Shown here piece by piece: positions 11,457-19,023 of a stretch of DNA of 32,000 nt. Source of the stretch: Copranaerobaculum intestinale. GTDB taxonomy: Bacteria > Bacillota_I > Bacilli_A > Erysipelotrichales > Erysipelotrichaceae. How positions within the stretch are numbered: position 1 is the stretch's first letter; every line of letters starts with the position of its first letter. The notes beneath the pieces were generated by a model that ran no database searches, was not told the origin of the DNA, and saw nothing but the letters and a program-made list of their open reading frames with translations. Made by a program: the position numbers and the translations under genes. The DNA lies in contig NZ_WUUQ01000001.1 in NCBI RefSeq assembly GCF_009831105.1, positions 750,001-782,000 on the forward strand, read 5' to 3'.

Positions 11457-14345
11457 CTACATAAAAAATCCATCTGTATCAAAAATATGGTCAAGTTCAT
11501 CGTTTGTCATTGCATGAGAGACCTTATCTCTGATAGCACTCTTCGACATATCCAGACGCTTGAATTTATTTTTACCTGCAGCATCTTTTCCCATTCTAAT
11601 AAGCTGAATACGACCAACTCCAGGATTCTGGCGAGCATATTCTGCAAAACCTTTAGCTTTACCAAGGTTATCCTTAAATTCAGAATTGTGTGGTTCAAGA
11701 ATATCAATTACATATCCGAGTATATCATCTCTTCGTACAACGATAAAATCAGGATATGTAGGCTTAGTGATTGTGTCAATTTCATATGGAATACAAAGAG
11801 CCCATGGCGCTCTAACAGGATTTCTAATCCAGCAGATAAAATCATCCTGTTTTTCTTCTTCCTCGATGACTCCAGTTTCCCAAGTATTAAGCTTTAGTTT
11901 TGCAAATCCTGTTTCGTCATCTACAAAAAGATGATTTCTATATTCAACTCCATCACTATCATGTGGAATCTGAATAGTCTCTGGCAAACGGAAATTGTGC
12001 TTACTTACAACATCGCCGTCTGAAACAATTGTATCGTACAGTCTTCTTATTTTGTCAGAATCCACTGTCGCTATATATCTGCGATATTTATCATTCAAGT
12101 CATGGAATCGCTTCTCAGCATAATTATGTAAGTTCTTTAAGTTATCGTCATCGGCAACAAACAAAATGACATCAATCTTGAATCCATTAGGATCATTAAT
12201 ATCCATGTATTTGTTGCCATACACATTTCCTATACCTTCATTCTTAAGCTTACTATCTGCCACTCTAAACTGACGATCTACATCCGTATCTGTAGTCGTG
12301 AATAAATCATGGACATAATAATTGTCCACAGTTTCTCCAAAGGCATCGAAAATCTGTGTTGCAAGCTTGAACTGCTTAACTTGGAGAACTAAATCTTCAT
12401 ACTTACCATTTGACTTCAGTTCCTCAATATATGAATGAATCATATCAGCAATCTCTGACTGTACCTCACGGATTGCTTCCTTGTGAAGATTAGAGATTGT
12501 AAGCAGATGAGCCATTTTGAATAAAGAAACTAAATAGTCATTCACAGTAACCGAACGGACATTATAAGACAATAATCCTGCGTCATTAATGAATTTCATG
12601 ACTTCTTCTCTGTCAAACAAGTCTTCAACTTCAACTTCTTCTTGAAGAGTTTCTAAAACATGCTCTTCAGGTACTTGATGATTATTTTCGTGAGTTGCAT
12701 CATCTGTGTTGTCAGATACTCCCACATGGTCATCTTCTGTAGAAACAACGGATGAATTCACTCTTTCAGAACCGGCAATAGACGGTCTTGTATTTGACAT
12801 AGTTTCATCACTGTTTCTTGTAGTTTCCTGAGAAGGATCATCCAGTATTACAGATTCAGAAGTTTCGTTTGTTGTCGTATTATCGTTTTGATCTGTGTTA
12901 GTCAAATCAAAAATAGTGATTTGATTCGGATTAACATTTTCTTGTTTTTTCTTTTTAGGTTTTACAGTTAATGTATCAAATTTTCTTCCGGAAATAGTCT
13001 GACCAAATACATCGGTAGGGATTTCTCCACCCTCACTGCTTTGTAGTGCATCTACCACATCCTTAACAGTATCGGCATTGAAGTATGGCAAATACAGATG
13101 AACATCATTTAAGATATCATCTACTTGGATATGCATCTGCATAGGTGTTCTTACCATTCTGCCAAGAAGCTGTGCGATATAAGTAGCATCTGTAGCATGT
13201 CTAAAAGACATCATAGTTTCTGCCCTTGGGCAGTCCCAGCCTGTCGATAAGTTCTCCTTAAAGAAAACAACTCTTATATTTCTGTCATCAGATATTCTGG
13301 AAGGCTCCACATACTCGATGTCTAATCCATTTACTGTTACAGCAGATGTAGTCTGACCAAAAGTATGAACAACCTGTCCGTTCTCAAATTTAAATCCGAT
13401 ACGTTCTTCAATTTTGCTCAAGCAGTCGCTTAAATCTGTGTCAGTAAGTTTACTTCCGGAACCATTAAGAACTTGGATAACCAAGATAGGATTGACATAG
13501 GCATAGTGCTGCTCAAAGCAGTATTGAGTCCAGTGGTCCCATTTTTCCTTCCAGTCATCTGCTGCCGCTTGAAGAATAGCCATATCAGTATTTACTGCAT
13601 CTTCTTCAGGATATGTGATAACAATTCTATCCTTAAGCAGACCGGACGCACGCACCTCATCAGCGGTAACAACAGACTTATGAATAGTAGATGATGTGCC
13701 TTCTACAAGTGCATTAAATCTTTGAGATGTAGCCGACATTCCAATAACTACCGGCATTGGTGGGATATTATCCTCTTCGCTACCTTTTATAAATTTTTGC
13801 ATGATAGTAGTTGCTCTACCAGCCTCACGACCTTGCATACCTCTGTGTGCTTCATCAATGATAAAGTATAGTCTATCGCTCTTGTCTCTTACTGTATTAG
13901 AAATAGTCTGCCAAATCGTATATGTGCGGCCGTCACTATTCTTTGTGAGATTGGATGTCTTTGATAGCTTCTGTGTATTCAAGAAATAGATATGCCCATC
14001 CTCGAATACCTCTCTGTCAAAAGAATCCTCTGTAACAGTCACGCACTGACCAAGACGAATCTTGTCTGCCTTAGCATCAATCTTTAGCTTTGATTGTTCA
14101 TTAAGCTGTGGCGAATCGGAAAGCCACACAATTATGGAATCCTGCTGCTCACTATATGCTTCATCACCAAAGAATATGCTCTCTATAAGAGAAGCCATAA
14201 TAATTGTTTTTCCTGCTCCGGTTGGTGCAGTAAAAGAAACTACCTGTGGTGCGTGTGTTCTCTGATAGCTTCCCATAGCCTCAGCTGTTTTCATTCGGAT
14301 ATCAGCGAGGGCTCTTTTTTGAAATGCGAATAATTCTACCTTCAT
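11457..14345 (-). CDS. Type III-like restriction subunit Res: SF2 helicase + disordered linker + uncharacterised middle domain + C-terminal PD-(D/E)xK-like nuclease
   Basis: Walker A APTGAGKT (14205-14228), DEAH (13845-13856), SATS, LSTGWDCPRA and QLLGRMVR. C-terminal W.RN...IPY...YPDFIVV-x17-EPH. Start is 2 nt after the mod stop, with GGGAGG inside the mod 3' end. Confidence 0.8.
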   Translation of the reverse strand: MKVELFAFQKRALADIRMKTAEAMGSYQRTHAPQVVSFTAPTGAGKTIIMASLIESIFFGDEAYSEQQDSIIVWLSDSPQLNEQSKLKIDAKADKIRLGQCVTVTEDSFDREVFEDGHIYFLNTQKLSKTSNLTKNSDGRTYTIWQTISNTVRDKSDRLYFIIDEAHRGMQGREAGRATTIMQKFIKGSEEDNIPPMPVVIGMSATSQRFNALVEGTSSTIHKSVVTADEVRASGLLKDRIVITYPEEDAVNTDMAILQAAADDWKEKWDHWTQYCFEQHYAYVNPILVIQVLNGSGSKLTDTDLSDCLSKIEERIGFKFENGQVVHTFGQTTSAVTVNGLDIEYVEPSRISDDRNIRVVFFKENLSTGWDCPRAETMMSFRHATDATYIAQLLGRMVRTPMQMHIQVDDILNDVHLYLPYFNADTVKDVVDALQSSEGGEIPTDVFGQTISGRKFDTLTVKPKKKKQENVNPNQITIFDLTNTDQNDNTTTNETSESVILDDPSQETTRNSDETMSNTRPSIAGSERVNSSVVSTEDDHVGVSDNTDDATHENNHQVPEEHVLETLQEEVEVEDLFDREEVMKFINDAGLLSYNVRSVTVNDYLVSLFKMAHLLTISNLHKEAIREVQSEIADMIHSYIEELKSNGKYEDLVLQVKQFKLATQIFDAFGETVDNYYVHDLFTTTDTDVDRQFRVADSKLKNEGIGNVYGNKYMDINDPNGFKIDVILFVADDDNLKNLHNYAEKRFHDLNDKYRRYIATVDSDKIRRLYDTIVSDGDVVSKHNFRLPETIQIPHDSDGVEYRNHLFVDDETGFAKLKLNTWETGVIEEEEKQDDFICWIRNPVRAPWALCIPYEIDTITKPTYPDFIVVRRDDILGYVIDILEPHNSEFKDNLGKAKGFAEYARQNPGVGRIQLIRMGKDAAGKNKFKRLDMSKSAIRDKVSHAMTNDELDHIFDTDGFFM

Positions 14346-14347
14346 AT

Positions 14348-16786
14348 TTACCTCCCTGTGTTGATTCTAAAATTATCCAAATAATCTCTGTACAGCTGAT
14401 AGCAATCCTTACCATCGTAATGGCGTATCATTTCTCTATATGCAGTCTCAGAGTCAGTGACTATAAATATTGTTTTAATTTCCGGGTGTTTTTGAAGTTC
14501 TTCATCAAATTCCGAATAGTAAATTTCATCATTAAGTATCGCCATTTTATTTTGTGGCAGAATCATCATTGATGGTATATCTTCTGATTCTATTGTAGGA
14601 CACTTGCCGATAGCATTGCCTTTCATCCATAGAACTGGGAGTAGTTCCTTGAACTGTCGGCCAAGGGCTACGGATGTTTTGTCCAAGAATGATAGTTTAA
14701 AGAATGCAGCATTAGTTTTGAATCCCACTTTCATAGGTAATTTTACCGGTTCACTAATGACAATATCGCCCAACGTTTCTTTTATTTCTTTTTTACATGC
14801 AGAAAAGATCTTTTTGTTTTTTGTAACTATGTATAAGCTAGTGATATGATCCATTCCTTGAAGTGCTTCAATCCATTCATCTGCGACAGTGTCATCAAAC
14901 AAAATTGAAATTGTATGCTTTTCATTATCTGAAATAATATATTTCGTGTCCTGTTTGATTAAGCTTTGTGGTATAACGCCCTTAGCTATCAGTGCTGTTA
15001 ATTGCTTTTTTTCAGACAGTGTCATACTCAAAGGATTTTCTATAAAGGCTATTTGACTTACACTTCGTTCCTTCTTTGATTCTGTTAAAATGCTTGTGAA
15101 ATATTCGCCTTCTAATTCAGAATCATCATCACGAAAACCATTAATAGTATATTTTGTACGAGGCCATGTAACTGACTGCGCGATACCATGTTTTTCCCAT
15201 TCTAGATCTCCCACCTTGAATCCATTCGTTGATAATTCAACAGCTTCTTCATTTGATGTTTCATTATTTGTTACTAGGATGCATCGACGACTTCCGGTAT
15301 CCTCTGCATTTAATAAATTAACAGCATTTAATGTTGTTCCGGAGCCTGCAAAAAAATCTACAATTAGAGCTTTTTTATTATTTCTAACTACTGACGCGAT
15401 TGCATCTTTTGTAGAATACAAAGATTTAGGGAACGAAAAAGCTCTCGACTCACCAATTATAGTTGATACCATATCAGAGCCTTGAGCTCCAGCATCATGT
15501 AAACTCCTATGCCATACAGTCATAATTTGCTTAGATTTTTCAGATGCATATTCAACCTTAACAGTATTAGTGACCTCATCTCTTTCAGTTATGATTATTT
15601 CTCCATTCTGTATTTGGTTTCTTAAACTTTGACTCAAATAGGATAAACCCCATGTTTTTCGTTTAGAATCATACTTTCCCAAAGAGATATATCCCATTTG
15701 CAACAGCTCATTAAATGTTTCAGTACTTAGCATCCAGCGACCTTCTGATAAATCAGATCTTATCGGCCAAGCAACTTCGTATCCTTCTATTTTTTCACCT
15801 AATATTGGTTTCTCTGGATATGGTAATGCTCCTAAGGCTTTGATTATTTTTTTGTTCTCAGCATCTATTAAAATTGGATAGAATAGATTTTTGCTGTCTT
15901 CTCTTCTTGAGTCAGCTCCAGAGCGAAGAAGTCCTTTCCATCTTGGTTTTTTTGATTGTTCGGATTCTCCTAATAGTGAGTCATTACTCGGTATAACATA
16001 TGCATCTGGCATAAAACAGAAAATTGCATATTCTTCCACTCGAGAAAATCTTCCTCGTGTATTTCCTTTGGGGTTAATTACGATTGTCACCATTTGTATC
16101 ACAGCCTCAGGGAATATTTCATCTAACAACATTCCAAGGTGATGAACTTCATTTTCATCTATTGTTACTATAATTACTCCAGTGGATGGGTTTAGAATTT
16201 TTTTTGCTAACCTTAATCGTTTTTGCATCATAGAAAGCCATTTACTATGACGCCAATTATCAACTGGATCTACATAATCATTATTATATTTCCAGTCTTT
16301 TTCTCGATTATTATATGGTGGATCGATATAAATGCAGTCCACTTTTCCGGCGTAGAGATATTCCAATAATTGAAGAGCATGGTAATTATCAGCTTCAATC
16401 AATGTATGCCATAAATCGCTATCAGGAGCATTCTCCACGGAATCAAGTGGTTTAAGAGTAGGATAAATAGGCTCACCAAATTCAGCCACTACTACCATTT
16501 CTTCAATATCAAAGGTAGCCTCTTCTCTAGTTTCACGGCTCTCACAGATTACTTTGTCATCATCAATTTTCAGCACAGTATATATGTCATTGACATATCC
16601 TGTCTTTTTTGCCACCTTAGAGCCTACATGAATCTCCATATCATATAACGGAGTACACTCAGGAAGGTGCTCCTCAAAAACAAGCCCGAACTTTTTTTGC
16701 TTGACGAGTTTATCTGTCTCTTTCATAATCCTGTCTCTAAGTGCAGGATCATCTATTTGTTGAATTAAATCTTGCAACAAGGCCAT
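14348..16786 (-). CDS. Type III-like Mod subunit, beta-class N6-adenine DNA methyltransferase (812 aa)
   Basis: Motif IV IYIDPPYNN (DPPY at 16313-16324) precedes motif I DFFAGSGTT (15338-15355). N-terminal FGLVFEEH and IEADNYHAL are typical of Mod proteins. Start is placed at MALLQDL (16786) behind GTGAGGTAAG, rather than the track start 16843. Confidence 0.85.
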   Translation of the reverse strand: MALLQDLIQQIDDPALRDRIMKETDKLVKQKKFGLVFEEHLPECTPLYDMEIHVGSKVAKKTGYVNDIYTVLKIDDDKVICESRETREEATFDIEEMVVVAEFGEPIYPTLKPLDSVENAPDSDLWHTLIEADNYHALQLLEYLYAGKVDCIYIDPPYNNREKDWKYNNDYVDPVDNWRHSKWLSMMQKRLRLAKKILNPSTGVIIVTIDENEVHHLGMLLDEIFPEAVIQMVTIVINPKGNTRGRFSRVEEYAIFCFMPDAYVIPSNDSLLGESEQSKKPRWKGLLRSGADSRREDSKNLFYPILIDAENKKIIKALGALPYPEKPILGEKIEGYEVAWPIRSDLSEGRWMLSTETFNELLQMGYISLGKYDSKRKTWGLSYLSQSLRNQIQNGEIIITERDEVTNTVKVEYASEKSKQIMTVWHRSLHDAGAQGSDMVSTIIGESRAFSFPKSLYSTKDAIASVVRNNKKALIVDFFAGSGTTLNAVNLLNAEDTGSRRCILVTNNETSNEEAVELSTNGFKVGDLEWEKHGIAQSVTWPRTKYTINGFRDDDSELEGEYFTSILTESKKERSVSQIAFIENPLSMTLSEKKQLTALIAKGVIPQSLIKQDTKYIISDNEKHTISILFDDTVADEWIEALQGMDHITSLYIVTKNKKIFSACKKEIKETLGDIVISEPVKLPMKVGFKTNAAFFKLSFLDKTSVALGRQFKELLPVLWMKGNAIGKCPTIESEDIPSMMILPQNKMAILNDEIYYSEFDEELQKHPEIKTIFIVTDSETAYREMIRHYDGKDCYQLYRDYLDNFRINTGR

Positions 16787-16796
16787 ATTACTTACC

Positions 16797-16970
16797 TCAC
16801 TCTTCTGTAATTGTCTTATGTTGTTTATATAGAATATCAGCATATCTAAGAAAGATAAGTCCTAAGATAGGCTGACCGTATTTATTTGCAGCCAAATGGG
16901 CACTTGCACGAAGCACATCGGCAGAGTGCCATAGCATATCCTTTAAATTTTTCAATTCTTTATCTGTCAT
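16797..16970 (-). pseudogene. 57-codon N-terminal remnant of an HsdM-type (HsdM_N domain) methyltransferase
   Basis: My translation is MTDKELKNLKDMLWHSADVLRASAHLAANKYGQPILGLIFLRYADILYKQHKTITEE*. The LW..AD.LR...(Y)..ILGLIFLRY pattern is the HsdM N-terminal signature. Full-length HsdM proteins are about 500 aa. The stop lies 10 nt before the mod ATG. Confidence 0.6.
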
Positions 16971-16978
16971 AGCAGTAA

Positions 16979-16999
16979 TGCTCCCAGTTCAAACAAGTG
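16979..16999 (+). repeat. Orphan copy of the iteron-like motif (TGCTCCCAGTTCAAACAAGTG)
   Basis: 21/21 nt identical to 19159-19179 in the repeat array. It lies in the 44-bp gap between the abiEii stop and the hsdM' start. Confidence 0.8.
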
Positions 17000-17014
17000 G
17001 CAGGATAATAAGAA

Positions 17015-18013
17015 TTAAATTTCATTAATCTCTTTTTCTAACTGTTCGATGCCTTTAAGGATAACCTCAAAATCGGGTTTATCGCCGAAAATCATATTCT
17101 GCATATGTTCATAGTCTTCTTTAAGAACTTGCAAATTTCTTTCAGGCGGCATCAGGTTCATTGTGCCAACCTTCGCTTCCTCATATTTCGCCCAAGGGCA
17201 ACGATAAAATTTCTTTTTAAATTGAACCACTTTATCAAGTAATTCAATGTCTGCAAAAGCGTCGTCTTTCACAGATGAGTTCATCATACAATACAAATCG
17301 TAATAGTGACGGGAATATCTTGCAGGAAATGTCTTATTTTCTGGTCTATATGCTTCACGGTGTAAAATCGTGACTTTTTCCCAAAATGTTCTTTTAGGCA
17401 GCACCGTTAAAATATTTGTTGTCGGTTCAGTAAAGAGCTTGGGATATTGAATTGCGGCATAGGGAGTGATGGGCTTAAGTTCAGCCGGAGTCCACGCCGC
17501 AAGAGCACCGATTTCAAGACGGATAACCGGCAGAATGGATGCATCTTCAAAACTTCGGTTATATGCAAAAACTACTGTCTGCGGATCGCTTTCTTCTATG
17601 TAACAATTAACTGAAATATCAAGTTCGGCTTGCAAATCAGCAATAACGCTCGGCATAAAGGTTTCTTTCAAAAACTCTTCTGTGCGGCGATTTGCCTCTT
17701 TGTTGAAAATATCCTGCTTTGTATTACTGCGGTCTTCCCAAGGCTCGTTCAAGGTAAATCCAATAACACGCCAATCAAGAATGAGATCTATGTCCTCTGA
17801 AAACCTCTCAATAAGTCCATAAGATTTTGAAAGGCTTGTACCGCCCTTAAAAGCGATATTATCCTTCCATTCAGAACGGTGAAAAAGATAGTCGAGCATA
17901 AAACACACCCAAAAATCTTTTTCAATAATGGCATTGGTAAGTCCCATTTTCGCTGCCGTATTTTGAAATAAAGCCTTACGGTCTTTTTCATTAATTTTTG
18001 CAATATTTCTCAT
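17015..18013 (-). CDS. abiEii: AbiEii/AbiGii-family nucleotidyltransferase toxin (type IV TA / abortive infection)
   Basis: Has IEKDFWV...FKGGTSLSKSYGLIERFSEDIDL, the hallmark N-terminal NTase region of the DUF1814/AbiEii family. RBS CAGGAG, start 4 nt after the abiEi stop. Confidence 0.85.
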   Translation of the reverse strand: MRNIAKINEKDRKALFQNTAAKMGLTNAIIEKDFWVCFMLDYLFHRSEWKDNIAFKGGTSLSKSYGLIERFSEDIDLILDWRVIGFTLNEPWEDRSNTKQDIFNKEANRRTEEFLKETFMPSVIADLQAELDISVNCYIEESDPQTVVFAYNRSFEDASILPVIRLEIGALAAWTPAELKPITPYAAIQYPKLFTEPTTNILTVLPKRTFWEKVTILHREAYRPENKTFPARYSRHYYDLYCMMNSSVKDDAFADIELLDKVVQFKKKFYRCPWAKYEEAKVGTMNLMPPERNLQVLKEDYEHMQNMIFGDKPDFEVILKGIEQLEKEINEI

Positions 18014-18017
18014 ATAG

Positions 18018-18626
18018 TTAACTCCTGCAAATCAACTTAATATATTCATATATCCATGAGGTTGCGGCTTTTGCTTCTTTGAGGCAAGCCGCTTTTTCTG
18101 TGGAGGTTAATGTGCTTTGTAATTTGGCGATTGTTGTATCTTTTACATTATCTTTGCCAAGGGCTTTAAGAGCTTGAACTACCAAAGCGGTTTTATAAGA
18201 TAACTTTGAAATTTCTTTATTGGTAGTATGCTTAAATTTAATTGTTGTATTTTCGTAGGTATATGTTTCATATTTGCCGTCGCTCACATAAACCCAAGCA
18301 GCCGGTATTTGTGTTGACAACCCTAATAGATTTAATGCAGTATCTCCGCACGGAACAATAGTCCATCCGTAATTACGAGCAAGAGCGTGGGCAACTTTAT
18401 CTGGCAATGGTGCAACATATTCACCGAGAAATTCATTAAATTCCGGCTTATAATAAACGCCACGCAAAATTCGGCGTATTATACCGTCTGCTTCAAGGCG
18501 TGAAAATATAACACCGATTCTCGACTTTTCAGTAAGTTCTGCAAAGTCAACCGATACAAAAACTGTACCCGTTTTTGCACCTTCAATAAGGCTTTTTATT
18601 TTATTAGCAAGGCTTAAATTACCCAT
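18018..18626 (-). CDS. abiEi: AbiEi-like antitoxin / transcriptional regulator (DUF6088-like)
   Basis: Small protein immediately upstream of, and coupled to, the AbiEii toxin. N-terminal wHTH-like region (FSRLEADGIIRRILRGVYY). Start is moved to MGNLSL (18626), 7 nt after GGAGG. Confidence 0.7.
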   Translation of the reverse strand: MGNLSLANKIKSLIEGAKTGTVFVSVDFAELTEKSRIGVIFSRLEADGIIRRILRGVYYKPEFNEFLGEYVAPLPDKVAHALARNYGWTIVPCGDTALNLLGLSTQIPAAWVYVSDGKYETYTYENTTIKFKHTTNKEISKLSYKTALVVQALKALGKDNVKDTTIAKLQSTLTSTEKAACLKEAKAATSWIYEYIKLICRS

Positions 18627-18646
18627 AATCCGCCTCCAATGCATTT

Positions 18647-18685
18647 TGATAAAAATAGTATACTCTTTTTTTATCAGAATATCAA
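18647..18685 (-). promoter_or_regulatory. Putative abiE promoter with overlapping inverted-repeat operator
   Basis: On the minus strand: -35 TTGATA (18680-18685), 17-nt spacer, -10 TATACT (18657-18662). Arms TGATAAAAA (18647-18655) and TTTTTATCA (18668-18676) bracket the -10. Confidence 0.5.
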
Positions 18686-18765
18686 GAGCTTTTTCAATAC
18701 AATTGGTAAAACGAATCTAACAATTAACTTTTATAATTCGTAACTTTATATAAGACTTACTTCCG

Positions 18766-18796
18766 ACACTTATCGATAATGATAAGTGTTTTTTTA
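18766..18796 (+). terminator. Plus-strand intrinsic-terminator-like hairpin with no upstream plus-strand gene
   Basis: ACACTTATC-GATAAT-GATAAGTGT followed by a T7 run. Confidence 0.55.
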
Positions 18797-18842
18797 TTGC
18801 TTATTTTAAATTTAAGCAATTCGGTTTTAGGCGGTTGAGCCT

Positions 18843-18910
18843 AACGAGTACCGTTTGGATATCCAAATGGTCTGCTCGCTACGACAGCAATTGCAAAATT
18901 TGGATATACA
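18843..18910. repeat. Palindromic hairpin element B, inverted partner of A1/A2
   Basis: AACGAGTACCGTTTGGAT|ATCCAAATGGTCTGCTCGCT. Its reverse complement TAGCGAGCAGACCATTTGGATATCCAAACGGTACTCGTTAG matches the A1 head (18 nt exact) and the A2 tail (CTCGTTAG). A partial second copy TGGATATACA is at 18901-18910. Confidence 0.75.
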
Positions 18911-18935
18911 TTTTTGGAAATATTCCTTTCAGTTT

Positions 18936-19006
18936 TTTCAAAAATCTTTGCTATTTTTCACCTTTTCAATGGCTACTTATTGAAAGATTTTTTTGAAATT
19001 TTTCAA
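18936..19006. repeat. AT-rich inverted-repeat region next to the iteron array
   Basis: TTTCAAAAATCTTT (about 18936-18949) against AAAGATTTTTTTGAAA (about 18983-18998), an imperfect inverted repeat. Palindrome TTGAAA-TT-TTTCAA at 18993-19006. Confidence 0.5.
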
Positions 19007-19023
19007 AACAGACTACAAAAAAT

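Noticed and set aside
11433-11934. Plus-strand ORFs (154 aa, 82 aa), and others at 13473-14572 and 14604-16142, antisense to res and mod.
   Set aside because: They lie entirely inside much longer ORFs with strong motifs on the opposite strand. Their composition is low-complexity and Cys/Ile/Phe-rich, typical of antisense AT-rich frames.
16198-16205. A8/T8 homopolymer (also T7 at 16692-16698 and about 15006-15012) inside mod as a possible phase-variation tract, as in many Type III mod genes.
   Set aside because: The tracts are short and typical of AT-rich coding DNA. There is no long SSR or tetranucleotide repeat, and the ORF is intact.
18839-18845. GCCTAAC (matches integron attC RYYYAAC) beside hairpin B, and GTTAGGG at 11310-11316, suggested integron-cassette attC sites.
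   Set aside because: These are only 7-mers, and the second violates the GTTRRRY consensus. There is no IntI-type tyrosine recombinase in the window, and integrons are rare in this lineage. I kept it as a palindromic-repeat finding without the integron label.
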